Origin: an uncultured delta proteobacterium
GTDB lineage: Bacteria; Desulfobacterota; WTBG01; CAIYCZ01; CAIRTM01
Length of the DNA stretch: 64,000 nt
Direction: 5' to 3'
Assembly: GCA_963804955.1 (NCBI GenBank)
Contig: CAWDSQ010000020.1
Location: forward strand, 224,001-288,000
This document shows, one piece after another, positions 1-11,158 of the stretch (the stretch's first letter is position 1; every line of letters starts with the position of its first letter). A model generated the notes under the pieces. The model was given only the letters and a program-made list of their open reading frames with translations, did no database searches and was not told where the DNA came from. The position numbers were made by a program, and so were the translations under genes.

Positions 1-1272
1 AGGCCCGTGGGGCTGCTCTCTATTGCGTCGCTGTTGAAAAAAAGCGGCTGCGGGATTCACCTGATCGATTGCCTCGACACACATCACCCCGCCATGAAAA
101 AATTTGCCGATGCCGCCTCGCTGCAATACCGAGAATTCGGCCAGGGCCGTTTTTTCAAGCAGATCATACCCAAGCCCGAATGCCTGAGCGCAATTCCGAG
201 AAACTACAGCCGCTATGGTATGTATCCCGGGGTATTTCAGCGCGAGCTTGAAAGCCTGCCGAGGCCCGATGCCGTGCTTGTCGGAACAATGATGACTTAC
301 TGGTATCCGGGAGTCACGGACTGCATACAAATCATTAAAAATATTTTCCCTGACGTTCCGGTGCTGGCCGGCGGGGTCTATGCAACACTCTGCTCTGATC
401 ATGCGGGAACATACACAGGTGCTGACCATATTATGCCGGGCCCCTTTGATAACTCTGCCGTAAAAACTCTTGAAGCCATTATCCATAAACCGCTTCAGCC
501 CGCTGCCGATTATGCAGCGCCCCGCCTGGCCTGCGAGCTTATGAGCTCTAAAAAAGTCATACCCCTTCTGACATCACGCGGATGCCCGCTTCGCTGCCCT
601 TACTGCGCATCAGGGCTTTTATACCCTGATTTCATCCAGCGCGAGGCTCGAAACGTGGCCGATGAAATCGAATACTGGCATGTTCGGTATGGCACAACCG
701 ATTTTGCATTGTATGATGATGCCCTGCTCATACATTCAGATACGCATATTGTGCCCCTGCTTGCATCAGTCATAGAGCGCAGCTTGCCGGTACGGTTCCA
801 TGTGCCCAACGGGCTGCATGTGCGCAATATAGATGAGCGCATTGCCTGTCTTATGCAGAGGGCGGGTGTTAAAACGCTGCGACTTGGCCTGGAATCGGCT
901 GATGAAAATATGCAAATTGTTACGGGCAGCAAAGCCTCGCGAGATGATTTCACCCGCGCGGCTCAGGCGCTGAAAAATGCCGGATATACAGCCCGTGAGG
1001 TGGGCGCCTACATCCTTGCCGGCCTTCCCGGGCAAAGCGTGCAAAGCGTTCATGATAGTATTGCATTTGTGAAAAATCACGGCCTGAGGCCTTATATCTC
1101 CGAATACTCGCCCATACCGGGAACAGCCTTCTGGGATAAAGCAGTCGCCTGCTCCCCCTTCCCTATTGACAGGGAACCTCTCTTTCATAACAATTCCCTG
1201 CTTCCGTGCAGGTCGCCGTCTTTTACGGTTCATGACCTTGAAACGCTCAAACTTGAGTCAAGAAAAACATAG
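1..1272 (+). CDS. B12-binding domain radical SAM protein (5' end probably outside window)
   Basis: CxxxCxxC motif (SRGCPLRCPYC); N-terminal cobalamin-binding-like segment (PVLAGGVYATL); YDDALL and GLES motifs. Confidence 0.85.
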   Translation, partial: RPVGLLSIASLLKKSGCGIHLIDCLDTHHPAMKKFADAASLQYREFGQGRFFKQIIPKPECLSAIPRNYSRYGMYPGVFQRELESLPRPDAVLVGTMMTYWYPGVTDCIQIIKNIFPDVPVLAGGVYATLCSDHAGTYTGADHIMPGPFDNSAVKTLEAIIHKPLQPAADYAAPRLACELMSSKKVIPLLTSRGCPLRCPYCASGLLYPDFIQREARNVADEIEYWHVRYGTTDFALYDDALLIHSDTHIVPLLASVIERSLPVRFHVPNGLHVRNIDERIACLMQRAGVKTLRLGLESADENMQIVTGSKASRDDFTRAAQALKNAGYTAREVGAYILAGLPGQSVQSVHDSIAFVKNHGLRPYISEYSPIPGTAFWDKAVACSPFPIDREPLFHNNSLLPCRSPSFTVHDLETLKLESRKT

Positions 1273-1361
1273 GCATGCTAATATAAATATGTTAAAAATG
1301 GCTCCTAACCTGATATATTAATTTTCTCTGTCTTACATATGAACCTCATAAAGGAGTGCGA

Positions 1362-3969
1362 ATGAAAGTACGAAGGGAAAATTCTGTTTTCATTTGTTGT
1401 TTCTACTGCCTGCTCTCCCTGCACATATTCACACAGGATGCATCGGCATCTTTTTTTGAGCAGATAAACGAAAACGGTTTTGGCAATCAGCACACTACCG
1501 GCGGGCTTGAGCGCCAGACTATGGCGGTGTTTCAGGGCAAGCTGTATGTGGGCGCAGCCAACCGCAATGACGGCGCCGTGTCATGTCCTATGATGAAAAA
1601 ACCTGGGTGCAGACCGCGAAAAACGGATTCGGAAATCCAGCCAATACGGCCATTACCAACCTGTTTGCAACCGATAAAAAACTGTATGCCGGCACCAGCA
1701 ATAAGAGCGGCGGTGAGGTCTGGGAGTATGACGGCGCAAACTGGCGCTGCTTGCACAAGGGCCCCTTCGGTAGTTTCCTCAGCAATTTGGTTATGGGAGT
1801 AGCTTATTACAAAGGGCGCGTATATGTTGGTCTCTGGGATCAGGTGACAACCAAACCGATTGAGGTATGGGCCGGCGACGAACAGGGCAACTGGGAGCTT
1901 GTGAGCATGCCCGGGCTTGGCGACAAAGAAAATGAGGCCATACCCTCAATGACCATCTCAAGCGCTGACGGTACGGAAAAGCTCTATGTTGCCGTCTGGA
2001 AAGACTTTGAATACCGGGGCCCTGACTCGGGCTGCGAGATATGGTCTTTTGACGGGCAGCAGTGGGAAAAGCGAAACCGGGGGCTTGAAGGTTTTGGAGA
2101 ATTAAACAAAGGCCGGCCAGGCATGGAACCGCTGGCCCTGTTTGAGTTCAATAAAAAACTGTATGTCGGGCTCTGGGCATTCGGGAGCGGCCAGCCGGGG
2201 GAATTATGGTCCTTTGACGGCAAGAGACTGGACAAAAGCAGACAAAACCTTGTCCACAACCATGCCAAGCATCTATACCATGGCGTCATGCAAAGACAAG
2301 CTGTATGCTGTTGCCTCTAATGTGCTATGGGAAATTTGAGCTGTGGGAATATGACGAGCGCACCTGGACGAAACTTATCGGCAAAAACAGCCCCACTCCC
2401 GAAAACTTCGGCAACACTGATAACTTTAATATATCAACCATGGTCGGCTATAATGGCAGACTGTATCTCGGCGTCAACAACAATCAAACCGGCTTCAAAG
2501 TTTTTCAAAGCTCGTTTCCTGAAATAGTGCCGACCTTTCAGACAGCAGCGGTCAACACGGTGGATCTCCTGAGGCTGACCGAAGGCATGCAGCCGTCAAA
2601 GTGGACCTCTTCTAATCCGGCCATTGCCACGATAGACCCGGTCACCGGGTATTTTAAAGCAGTTGCACCGGGCACCAGCGTTATCTCGGCGTCGGACGAC
2701 CGCGGCTTTACCGTTGCGTCACGGCAGATCACGGTCACCCAGGGCGAAGCGCCGAAAAAAGATGCTCTTCTTATTTATGCCCGTTTCACGCCTCCCTCTA
2801 CAGGCAATGACGGCTCCATGCCGGTCAAGGCGACCGCCATGCCGTATCTTGTCGGCAATGCCGGAACGTTTGCACAGGCCCGTATCGACCTGTCTGAGAT
2901 TGGCGGCGCAATGCAGGACATGTTTGACGACGGCACTCACGGCGATGCGCAGAAAAATGACGGCGTTTTTACCTGTGAGATTACCATTCCGAAAAATACC
3001 AAAGCCCGGCAACTATACCTTCCCTGTTACCGGAACCACCAGCACAAATCTCAGCGGGCAGGGCCAGGCTGTTCTCAGCGTAAAGATTGGCCTACACGGT
3101 CCCGGAACTGGTCTACCTCAAAGCCAAAGACAGCGTCTATCATATTCCCGTGATGTTCGCCCTGCGCGACCGGGATGGCGATGACAATGCAGTCACATTT
3201 GAATACCAGCAGGATGGCGGCCCCTGGAGCCCCGCAACCGTGTACTCGCAGTCCGGCATGCTGACAAGCTCCGCTGCACCAGGCGGCAAGATGAATAAGC
3301 TTGCAAAGCTTAAAACAAACCGGGAGCAAAATCATTATGTCTGTGTCTGGGAATCCGAGAAGGATATCGGCCAGTCTGCCGGCACGTACCGCCTGCGCGC
3401 CACGCCGGCTGACGCGAAATCGGCAGGCGCAGCCCTGATATCCGAACCCATAAAAGTCGACAATCAGTCGCCGCCAAAAGACGAGATGGTCTTCGTGCCC
3501 AACGGCAATTTTTATATCGATAAATACGAGTTCCCCAATCACTACGGCTACTATCCGCTGCTGCGCACAACCTGGAAGGAAGCCTGCGCCGAGTGCAATA
3601 AACAGGGCAAGGAACTGTGCACCCCCGAGCAGTGGGAAGCGGCCTATTATGGCAATAAAAAGCTGCGATTTCCCTATGGCACCGAGGGCAAGGTCAGACG
3701 GCAGGGATTACTGCAATACCTATGGCTCCATGGACAATGCCGCCGTGCCCTCAGGCCTCTATGAGAATTGCGTGAATGATCTGGGCATTTACGACATGGG
3801 CGGCAATGTGTATGAGTGGTCAAGCCGGAGTGCGAAGGAAGTGTTCATGGCAGACCAGAGCTACCTGTTGACATCAATTGATGCAGCTCTTATCAATGTT
3901 GAGGGTGCGGACCATCGCCATGAATTTCTCGGACACCGATGCTGCAAAGCTGCTGAAAAAAGCAAGTAA
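1362..3969 (+). CDS. Large secreted multidomain protein: beta-propeller repeats, Ig-like domain, MxDDGxxGDxxxxDG (choice-of-anchor X-like) motif, C-terminal FGE-sulfatase/SUMF1-like domain; several frameshifts
   Basis: AAGGAG RBS and signal peptide. Consecutive ORFs 1356-1802, 1583-2320, 2305-3153, 3087-3764 and 3649-3969 join. Motifs: repeated GFG..KLYVG..W.YDG..W; WTSSNPAIATID; MFDDGTHGDAQKNDGVFT; IDKYEFPN; NDLGIYDMGGNVYEW; GHRCC. Confidence 0.7.
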
Positions 3970-4006
3970 AGCGTTGCTGATGCTGTATTGAATCAGCCCT
4001 GAGAAT

Positions 4007-4064
4007 AAAAAAGTCCGGAAGATGTTATGCCAGTATGTACGGCCTAACTCTCCGGACTTTTTTT
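4007..4064. terminator. Bidirectional intrinsic terminator-like inverted repeat
   Basis: AAAAAAGTCCGGA...TCCGGACTTTTTTT between convergent genes. Confidence 0.65.
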
Positions 4065-4111
4065 GCAAAGTATCGCAGGCTGTGCTGCGCTTCTGTGCTA
4101 CGAATTATTTG

Positions 4112-5442
4112 TTACGGCATGCACGCAGTCTCACACACCGGCTGACCGCTCCCGCCGCACCCTGGTTCTGCATCGTATACATAGCCGACGAATGCGATGA
4201 TTATACCTGTCTGCAATATAGAATGCACCGGTTCTGTCAACGACGACACCCGCAGGATAGTAGAGTTCAGCTCCTGTTGCAGGCCCGTTATCTCCTGAAT
4301 ACCCTGAATCGCCCGTGCCGGCAACAGTGGTAATGGTGCCGTTGGCTGCGACTTTCCGAATACAGTGATTATTCGTATCGGCAATGTAGAGATTGCCGCT
4401 GCTGTCTACAGCTGTGCCTAAAGGATACCGCAGTTCTGCTTCCGTAGCTGCCGCGCCATCACCGCCATAGCCTGAGCTGCCCGTGCCTGCAAAGGCGGTG
4501 ATCGTGGCACCTGCAGTAACTTTTCGAATTGCGTGATTATAGTTATCGGAAATATAGATATTTCCGGCAGGGTCCACTGTTACCCCCCTCGGCTTATCAA
4601 ACCTGCACGCCGTAGCAGGCCCGTTGTCGCCGGTATAGCCTGAAAGCTCTGCAGTGCCCGCAACTTTTTCTATAAACCACTCTGCCTGAGAACACCACTG
4701 CCTTTATTTTATTTTGCCGCACAGCTCTGAATCGCACCTTTTTCCGCTCCGCTGATATAACCGGCACTTTTCCACTCATTGGTAAGATGGGCGACACAGC
4801 TGACAAATTGCCCGTGATTTTTTGCCTCAACAGAACACTGTGCTATAAGGTCGCTCATCGTGCAGCCACCTTCAAAAATCACATTAAGAACCCCGCTATT
4901 GCAGCTGTCTATAATTATAGTTTCTGTAAGTATTGATTCAGGACAGTTATCTTCCGCATCAGAAATACCGTCGCCGTCTGTATCAAGATACTCACAGGCA
5001 GGCAGTCCGCAGCCTCCGCAGCCGGCGGTTGTATCGCATACATCTCCTATGCCATCGCCATCGGCGTCAAGCTGCAAGGGGTTGGCTAAGCTCGGGCAGT
5101 TATCAAGATAATCTTGAATCCCGTCGCCGTCTGTATCAAGATACTCACAGGCAGGCAGTCCGCAGCCGGGGAAAAGTCCGCAGCCGGGTGTGACATCGCA
5201 CACATCGCCAATGTTATCACCATCAGCATCAAGCTGCTGAGGATTGTATTTGTACAGACAATTATCAACGGCATCGGAAATACCATCACCATCGGCATCG
5301 TCAGAGCCTTGAAGAATAGCGCCCTTACTGCCGACTGAAAGAATCTGCGTCCAACATATGCGGTTGACTGCGCAAAAATATCGTGCACAACTGTTACAGC
5401 AAACAAAATTACTATTAAAATAATAAAAGCTGCTTTATTCAA
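4112..5442 (-). CDS. Secreted thrombospondin type-3 repeat plus NHL-repeat protein (frameshifted, or two adjacent genes)
   Basis: TTG start with GGAGGG RBS and signal peptide; DTDGDGI..DNCP repeats and GCGLPACE motifs; NHL repeats (AGTG.SGY.GD.G.AT.AEL.YP.G.AVD..GN.YIAD..NH.IRKV) from about 4670 down; stop at 4709 separates the two parts. Confidence 0.65.
4968..5167. repeat. 47-bp exact intragenic direct repeat (4968-5014 and 5121-5167)
   Basis: CCGTCGCCGTCTGTATCAAGATACTCACAGGCAGGCAGTCCGCAGCC occurs twice, 153 bp apart; encodes the TSP3 repeat unit. Confidence 0.85.
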
Positions 5443-5638
5443 TTCACCCTCCCTTGAAATAATTTAAAGTTTATAAAAAAAATAAACTTTATTACTTTTA
5501 TTTATTTTTTGACCCTATACCCATGATCCCACACCACAACTGGTATTTAGAATGTAAAAAATTTGTCGATCACTTTACGATCATTTAAACAGACACCATG
5601 AACACATACATGCTCAACAAAATTTAATAGATAAACAT

Positions 5639-5654
5639 TACAACTTACGTGCCA
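5639..5654 (-). promoter_or_regulatory. Candidate sigma54 -24/-12 promoter for the TSP3/NHL gene
   Basis: TGGCACGTAAGTTGTA on the minus strand (GG-N10-GT variant) within an AT-rich intergenic region. Confidence 0.5.
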
Positions 5655-5975
5655 AAAAAAATTTGGTTAACTTGAAAAAAAAATTAAAAGTAAATAAATA
5701 TTAATTAATTTTATTCTTTAAACAAATTTTGATTGTTTTTTAAAAGTTAAATCGTGCTGCAAACGACAAACAAAGTACTGGAAAATTAAATAAAAATTTA
5801 AAGTTACTCAGGCTGCATACAGTGCTTAAGCGAAAATAATAGCTCAAAATGATCAACTATTATCGTTTTAATTTAATCAAAATGAGCACATAGCAAGGGA
5901 TTTGGATACGGAAATGTAGCCACTATCTGGGTCGTTCTATAAGTAATGAGCCCTCAAAGGGTGCATAACACACTT

Positions 5976-6098
5976 CCCCTCATCCCGACCTTCTCCCCTT
6001 TTAAGGGGAGAAGGAGTTCGCATATCGGCGCTCATGTACTGCTCACACAACAATGCTTCCTCGCCCCTGAAAAGAGGGAGAGGATTGAGGCGAGGGGG
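5976..6098. repeat. Inverted pair of REP-like palindromic units
   Basis: CCCCTCATCCCGACCTTCTCCCCTTTTAAGGGGAGAAGG and a related unit in opposite orientation (CCTCGCCCCTGAAAAGAGGGAGAGGATTGAGGCGAGGGGG). Confidence 0.65.
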
Positions 6099-6338
6099 TA
6101 AGCCTGATTCATTTTTTTTGACCTTTAACCTCCCGAGTTCTGCAGAATCTATCCGGGAGGGGGCACAGCTATAAAAGGGCAATTAATTATTAAGCATTCT
6201 TTTCCCCCGAAACGCTCAGAAGCTTTTTGGGTCGCACGGCCATAGGCCATGGGTTTATAAATCAACTAATTTGGAGGGAAAAAGGGTTTTAATGGGATTG
6301 TAAAGCAGCCTTGCGGTTTGATACAGGCGAAGGGAATG

Positions 6339-6371
6339 AAAAAGGGGGGATGCCGCTATACAGCATCCCCC
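6339..6371 (-). terminator. Intrinsic terminator of the Spy/CpxP-family gene
   Basis: GGGGGATGC...GCATCCCCC stem followed by a U-run on the minus strand, 20 bp after the stop. Confidence 0.7.
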
Positions 6372-6390
6372 GTACTGCTTTAAAAAAAAT

Positions 6391-6918
6391 TTATAAAGCT
6401 TTTTCAGGCATGAGCAGTGAGAAATAAGCTGGCTTTTTGATACCCATCCATCCGTGATGCGAATCAGCACATTCCCGCAATTGATTGACCATATCAAGAA
6501 TCAAGGCTCGCTGATCTGCGGTAAGTAACTGAACAGCCGTCAGCTCGGCATGAAGAATGATGTCTGCTATTTGCGTCTGTAGAACCAGCATGGCATCAAT
6601 TTGTGACTCTGCCGTTGCATTGTCAATTTCTGCGGCCAAAAATGTATCAGTCAGTTGATTCTGAACATCAATTATCTGCGTTGCCAGAGCTTCCGTCTTA
6701 TTGTCGGTCTCTTCTTTTAATGCCTTCAGTGCATCTTTCTGTTCGTCGGTTATATCAATATTTTTTATAAACTTAATCATTTCCCATCGGGATATGCAGT
6801 GCCTGCCCATAATGCCCCTTTTTTGCGGCTGGGCTTCACCAAGGGCAAAAGCCGATGAGTTTATGAGAAATGAAAAACTGACAAGCATGGCACAGAATAA
6901 AAAAACATTTTTCTTCAT
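6391..6918 (-). CDS. Spy/CpxP family periplasmic chaperone-like protein
   Basis: Signal peptide; ITDEQ and LTADQR (LTxxQ) motifs; helical; GGAGG RBS. Confidence 0.75.
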   Translation of the reverse strand: MKKNVFLFCAMLVSFSFLINSSAFALGEAQPQKRGIMGRHCISRWEMIKFIKNIDITDEQKDALKALKEETDNKTEALATQIIDVQNQLTDTFLAAEIDNATAESQIDAMLVLQTQIADIILHAELTAVQLLTADQRALILDMVNQLRECADSHHGWMGIKKPAYFSLLMPEKAL

Positions 6919-7200
6919 ACGTAACCTCCTTCTGATAAATTAAGCAAAAAAACACCAATTTTAAACACTATATTTTTACTAACACATGCAGAGACAAATA
7001 GTTACCGCCAGGCTGAATAATTTTTCCCTTGACGGTCGTATATGGAGCATAAAAGGTAAAAGTGTACCGCATATAAAACAATGGGTACATAAGCTGTATT
7101 TTGATGAATTAAAAGGCCGGAAGGATATTAAAAGAATGAATGTACAGCTAAAGCTGCAACACTGGCAGAGGCAACCACAATAAAATTTAATCCAATACCT

Positions 7201-8302
7201 TTAAAGAATCGTTAGAGTGTGGGAATGGCCATTATTCTTAAGAAGCAATAGCTGGCTATCGCAGGCGACAAAAGCATCGACAATGCGGGGATCAAATTGT
7301 GTACCCCTGTTCTGTTTAATGATACGACGAGCATCATCATGGGTCTTGCCAGCCCGGTAAATCCGGTCTGAGGTAATGGCGTCATAGGCATCGGCAACAG
7401 CGACTATGCGCGCTGAAAGCGGGATGTTGTCGCCGCTGAGGCCACGGGGATATCCTGTGCCGTCCCAGCGCTCATGGTGGCAGTAGGCTATCTGCTTGCC
7501 CAGTGTAAAAAATGACCGCCCTTCCATTCGCTCCTCAATTGCTGTCAGCGCATCACCTCCAACCGCTGTATGAATTTTCATGGTTTCAAATTCCTCGGGC
7601 GTTAAAGCCACCCGGCTTTAAAAGAATAATATCGGGGATACCAACTTTACCGATATCATGAAGCACTGAGGACAGCACGAGGTCATCAACATACTCATCG
7701 GTGATATAGGAGTCAAGAGGCGGCGTTCGGCGAAGTTCACCAGCGATAATGCGGCATACCTCGCTGACCCGCTCAAGGTGCTGGCCGGTTTGGCGGTCAC
7801 GGCACTCGCTGAGTTTTGCCATTCCGATGACGGTTTCTGCCCGCGCTTTTTTCAGTTTTTCATATGCTTCACATACTTCAATATTCAAACGCTTGAGGCC
7901 TTCGCGCTCATGTATAATTTTCTCCTGCTGCTTCCCGACCAATGCTCCGGCAAGCACAAGGAAACATCCCCAGGTAAGAACAAAAGCAACAACCTGCTCA
8001 ACATCCTGGGGAGGCTGATACTGTTCAGGGGAGACAGCTGCATGAAACAGAACGACTCCGAGACAAAACACGGCTCCCGGAACAGACAGGCGTATCCCCA
8101 CATAATATCCGGCCAAAATGATCGGAAGAAAAAAGAAATTAAGAAATGAAATGTTGTTGGGGACGAAATAGGTAATAAACGAGGCTGCAAATATGCTGAC
8201 GAGAATAAAAATTTTCTCGAAATTACTTTGAATGAATTGGGGGAGCTTTGTCAATATAAACCTCAACCCTGCACTAAGCATTTTACTGAATGATGCCGCC
8301 AT
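7201..8302 (-). CDS. Membrane-anchored HD-GYP c-di-GMP phosphodiesterase (frameshift ~7610)
   Basis: N-terminal TM helices; [30 protein letters not shown] and VADAYDA motifs. Confidence 0.85.
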
Positions 8303-8418
8303 TGAAACATTGATACATACTGAGGCAGGACCAGCGCACTCTTATACACTACTATAAGACGGGGTAAGAATTCCAGTCAAGTCAAAAATAACTCGTACAG
8401 CGCGCTACAAAAAAATAT

Positions 8419-10012
8419 TTATTCAACGCCCTGACTTTGAAGATAATTTTCATAGTCGCCGGTGAAGTCGGTGATACCATCGGGCTTCAGCTCGATGATG
8501 CGCGTTGCAACGGATGAAACAAATTCCCGGTCATGGCTTACAAAAACAAGTGTGCCGGGATAATTTTCCAGCGCATAATTGAGGGCCTCTATGGATTCCA
8601 TGTCCATGTGGTTGGTGGGCTCATCCATCACCATGACATTGGGCTGCTGGAGAATCAGTTTGCCGAACAGCAGGCGCCCCTGCTCTCCGCCGGAAATAAT
8701 ATTAACCGATTTATAAATATCATCTTTAGGAAACAGGAGACGCCCCAAAGTGCTGCGCAGCACCTGCTCATCCTGGCCAGCCGGCTTCCACTGGTTAAGC
8801 CAGTCAACAAGCGTCATCTCGGAGGCGAAGTCTGCGGCATGGTCCTGTGCAAAATAGCCGATATTGGCATTTTCAGACCATTTAACAGCGCCCGCATCCG
8901 GTAGCAGATCACCGACGAGGCAGCGCAGCAGCGTTGTTTTGCCGATACCATTGGGGCCGATAACGGCGATACGCTCCCCGGCCTTGATCATCAGGTTGAG
9001 GCCCTTAAACAGCGGTACGCCGTCATAGCCTTTGCTCAGACCCGTAATCTCGACTACCAGACGAAAAAGCTTTTTTTCCTGCTCAAAGCGGATAAACGGG
9101 CTGACCCGGCTTGACGGCTTTATATCTTCCAGCTTAATCTTCTCTATCTGCCGTGCGCGCGAAGTTGCCTGCTTCGCCTTGGAGGCATTGGCTGAAAATC
9201 GGCTCACAAAAGTGCGCAGTTCGGCTATCTGCGCCTTTTTCTTGGCATTGCTGGACAGTAAGCCGCTCCCTGGCCTGGCTGGCGGCGGTCATGTACTCAT
9301 CGTAATTTCCCGGGTAGACGCGGAGTTCACCGTAGTCCAGGTCAGCCATATGCGTGCAGACGCTGTTCAAAAAATGGCGGTCATGCGAGATAATGATCAT
9401 CGTGCTGTTGCGCGCATTGAGAATGCTTTCCAGCCAGCGGATGGTATTAATATCAAGGTTATTGGTAGGCTCGTCCAGCAGCATGATATCCGGGTCGGCA
9501 AACAGAGCCTGGGCCAGCAGCACGCGCAGCTTCCAGCCCGGCGCTACGGCGCGCATAAGTCCGTTGTGCTGCTCAAGGGGTATGCCGACGCCAAGCAGCA
9601 GCTCGCCGGCATCGGACTCTGCATTATACCCGCCCATTTCGGAAAACTCGGCTTCGAGTTCGGCTACTTTCATGCCGTCTTCGTCACTCATTTCAGCAAG
9701 GCCGTAGATACGGTCGCGCTCCTGTTTCACCAGCCACAGCCCGGTATGCCCCATAATGACGGTATCCATAACCGTACAATCCTCAAAGGCAAACTGGTCC
9801 TGTCTTAGCTTGCCGACACGTTCATGGGGATCAACAGAAACTGTGCCGACAGTCGGTTCCATGTCGCCGCCGAGTATCTTCATGAGCGTCGACTTACCGC
9901 AGCCATTGGCGCCTATAAGGCCATAGCGATTGCCTTCGCCGAACTTTACAGAGATATGCTCAAACAGGGGCTTTTCCCCGAACTGAATGGCAAGATTGAA
10001 TGTAGAGATCAA
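8419..10012 (-). CDS. ybiT: ABC-F family ATPase, YbiT-like (frameshift ~9260)
   Basis: Two ABC cassettes ([37 protein letters not shown]); linker [14 protein letters not shown]; no TM domain. Confidence 0.88.
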
Positions 10013-10093
10013 AACAGTGCTCCGGATTATAATGTTTGTATGCAGCCTCTATGCGCACGGTCCTGCATGGTAATCATAACGATCAAAAAAAGG

Positions 10094-10232
10094 ATGACAG
10101 AGAGAAAAGCTCCTGATGCAGGCGCACACATCCGAAGTAGTGAGGCGTGGCTACACTGTACGTTGCAGCGTCAATTGATATGCACGGTTCCGATAGGATC
10201 AGAACTGGGGGTCTTTTTCAACGGCCTGTCAT
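10094..10232. mobile_element. Degenerate MITE-like intergenic element
   Basis: Inverted termini ATGACAG...CTGTCAT with subterminal GAAAA/TTTTTC; non-coding, ~140 bp. Confidence 0.4.
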
Positions 10233-10369
10233 AAAGTTTAGTGTATTATACCACAGCTGCCGTCATTTACCTAAAATATAATTCCCGCTGATGCACATGC
10301 GGGGGCTTCTGCTGCAAATAAATCACGGCAGCAGCAGCCGGATTGCAGCACAAATAAGGGTGCCTGTGT

Positions 10370-10885
10370 TTAAGGATCAACAGATACGTCTACTATTGTC
10401 AGATAAATATCGCCAAGGGGGCGGCGCACCAGAACTTCATCCTCCAGTCTTTTGCCGAGCAGGGCTTTTCCCATGGGCGATTCCATGCTGATTTCTGCTC
10501 GCTTACTGTCCCACTCGTCAGCTCCAACGATGCGGTACCGCTTTGTCTGGCCTTCTTCATCCTCAACAGTCACATAACAGCCAAAGTAAATCCGGCCGTC
10601 TGCCCTGGGCTTTTCCGTCACCATGGTAACAGCATCCATCCTTTTGCCAAGAAACCGGAGCCGCCGGTCAATTTCTGCAACCTGACGCTTGCGGTACAGA
10701 TATTCCGCATTTTCAGACCGGTCTCCTTCTGCTGCTGCATCAGCCAGTGCGCTTACAACCTGTGGCCGTTTTACTGTCCATAAATAGTTGGCCTCTTCTT
10801 CGAGGCGTCGATATCCATCGGCTGTTATATATTGGACTGCTCCGGTTGCTGTGCCTGAATGCTTTTGCTCTCGGGTTCGTACCAT
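10370..10885 (-). CDS. greB: Transcription elongation factor GreB
   Basis: YITADG..YLWTVKRP, AAAEGDRSENAEY, EIDRRLRFL, ISMESPMGKALLGK; GAGGAG RBS. Confidence 0.9.
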   Translation of the reverse strand: MVRTREQKHSGTATGAVQYITADGYRRLEEEANYLWTVKRPQVVSALADAAAEGDRSENAEYLYRKRQVAEIDRRLRFLGKRMDAVTMVTEKPRADGRIYFGCYVTVEDEEGQTKRYRIVGADEWDSKRAEISMESPMGKALLGKRLEDEVLVRRPLGDIYLTIVDVSVDP

Positions 10886-11158
10886 TGCACTGCTCCTCGT
10901 ATTGCAGCAACAAATAAAGTCGAGTTCATGGGCATGCAGCTCTGACATCTCATACTCTTATATATCGCAGGCAGGCATGTCAACCTGTAAGTTTTCAAAC
11001 ATTCCAAGGATCGATTCATTTATAATAAAAAATATCGTGACCGACATGTTAGATTGAATTCTAAAACTCATTTTGATATGCTAAGCATGTATGTAAAGTA
11101 ACGCATTTTAATCATCCATGCAGTCCACCCCCGATGGTTCAAACTCACTGAGGCCTCT

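Noticed and set aside
3480..3969. FGE/C-type-lectin C-terminal domain as a diversity-generating retroelement target
   Set aside because: No reverse transcriptase and no second near-identical copy (template repeat) seen in the window.
9032..9808. Long antisense or alternative-frame ORFs (also 61730-62350, 62933-63562, 54721-55245)
   Set aside because: They are shadows of well-supported genes on the opposite strand, with no motifs of their own.
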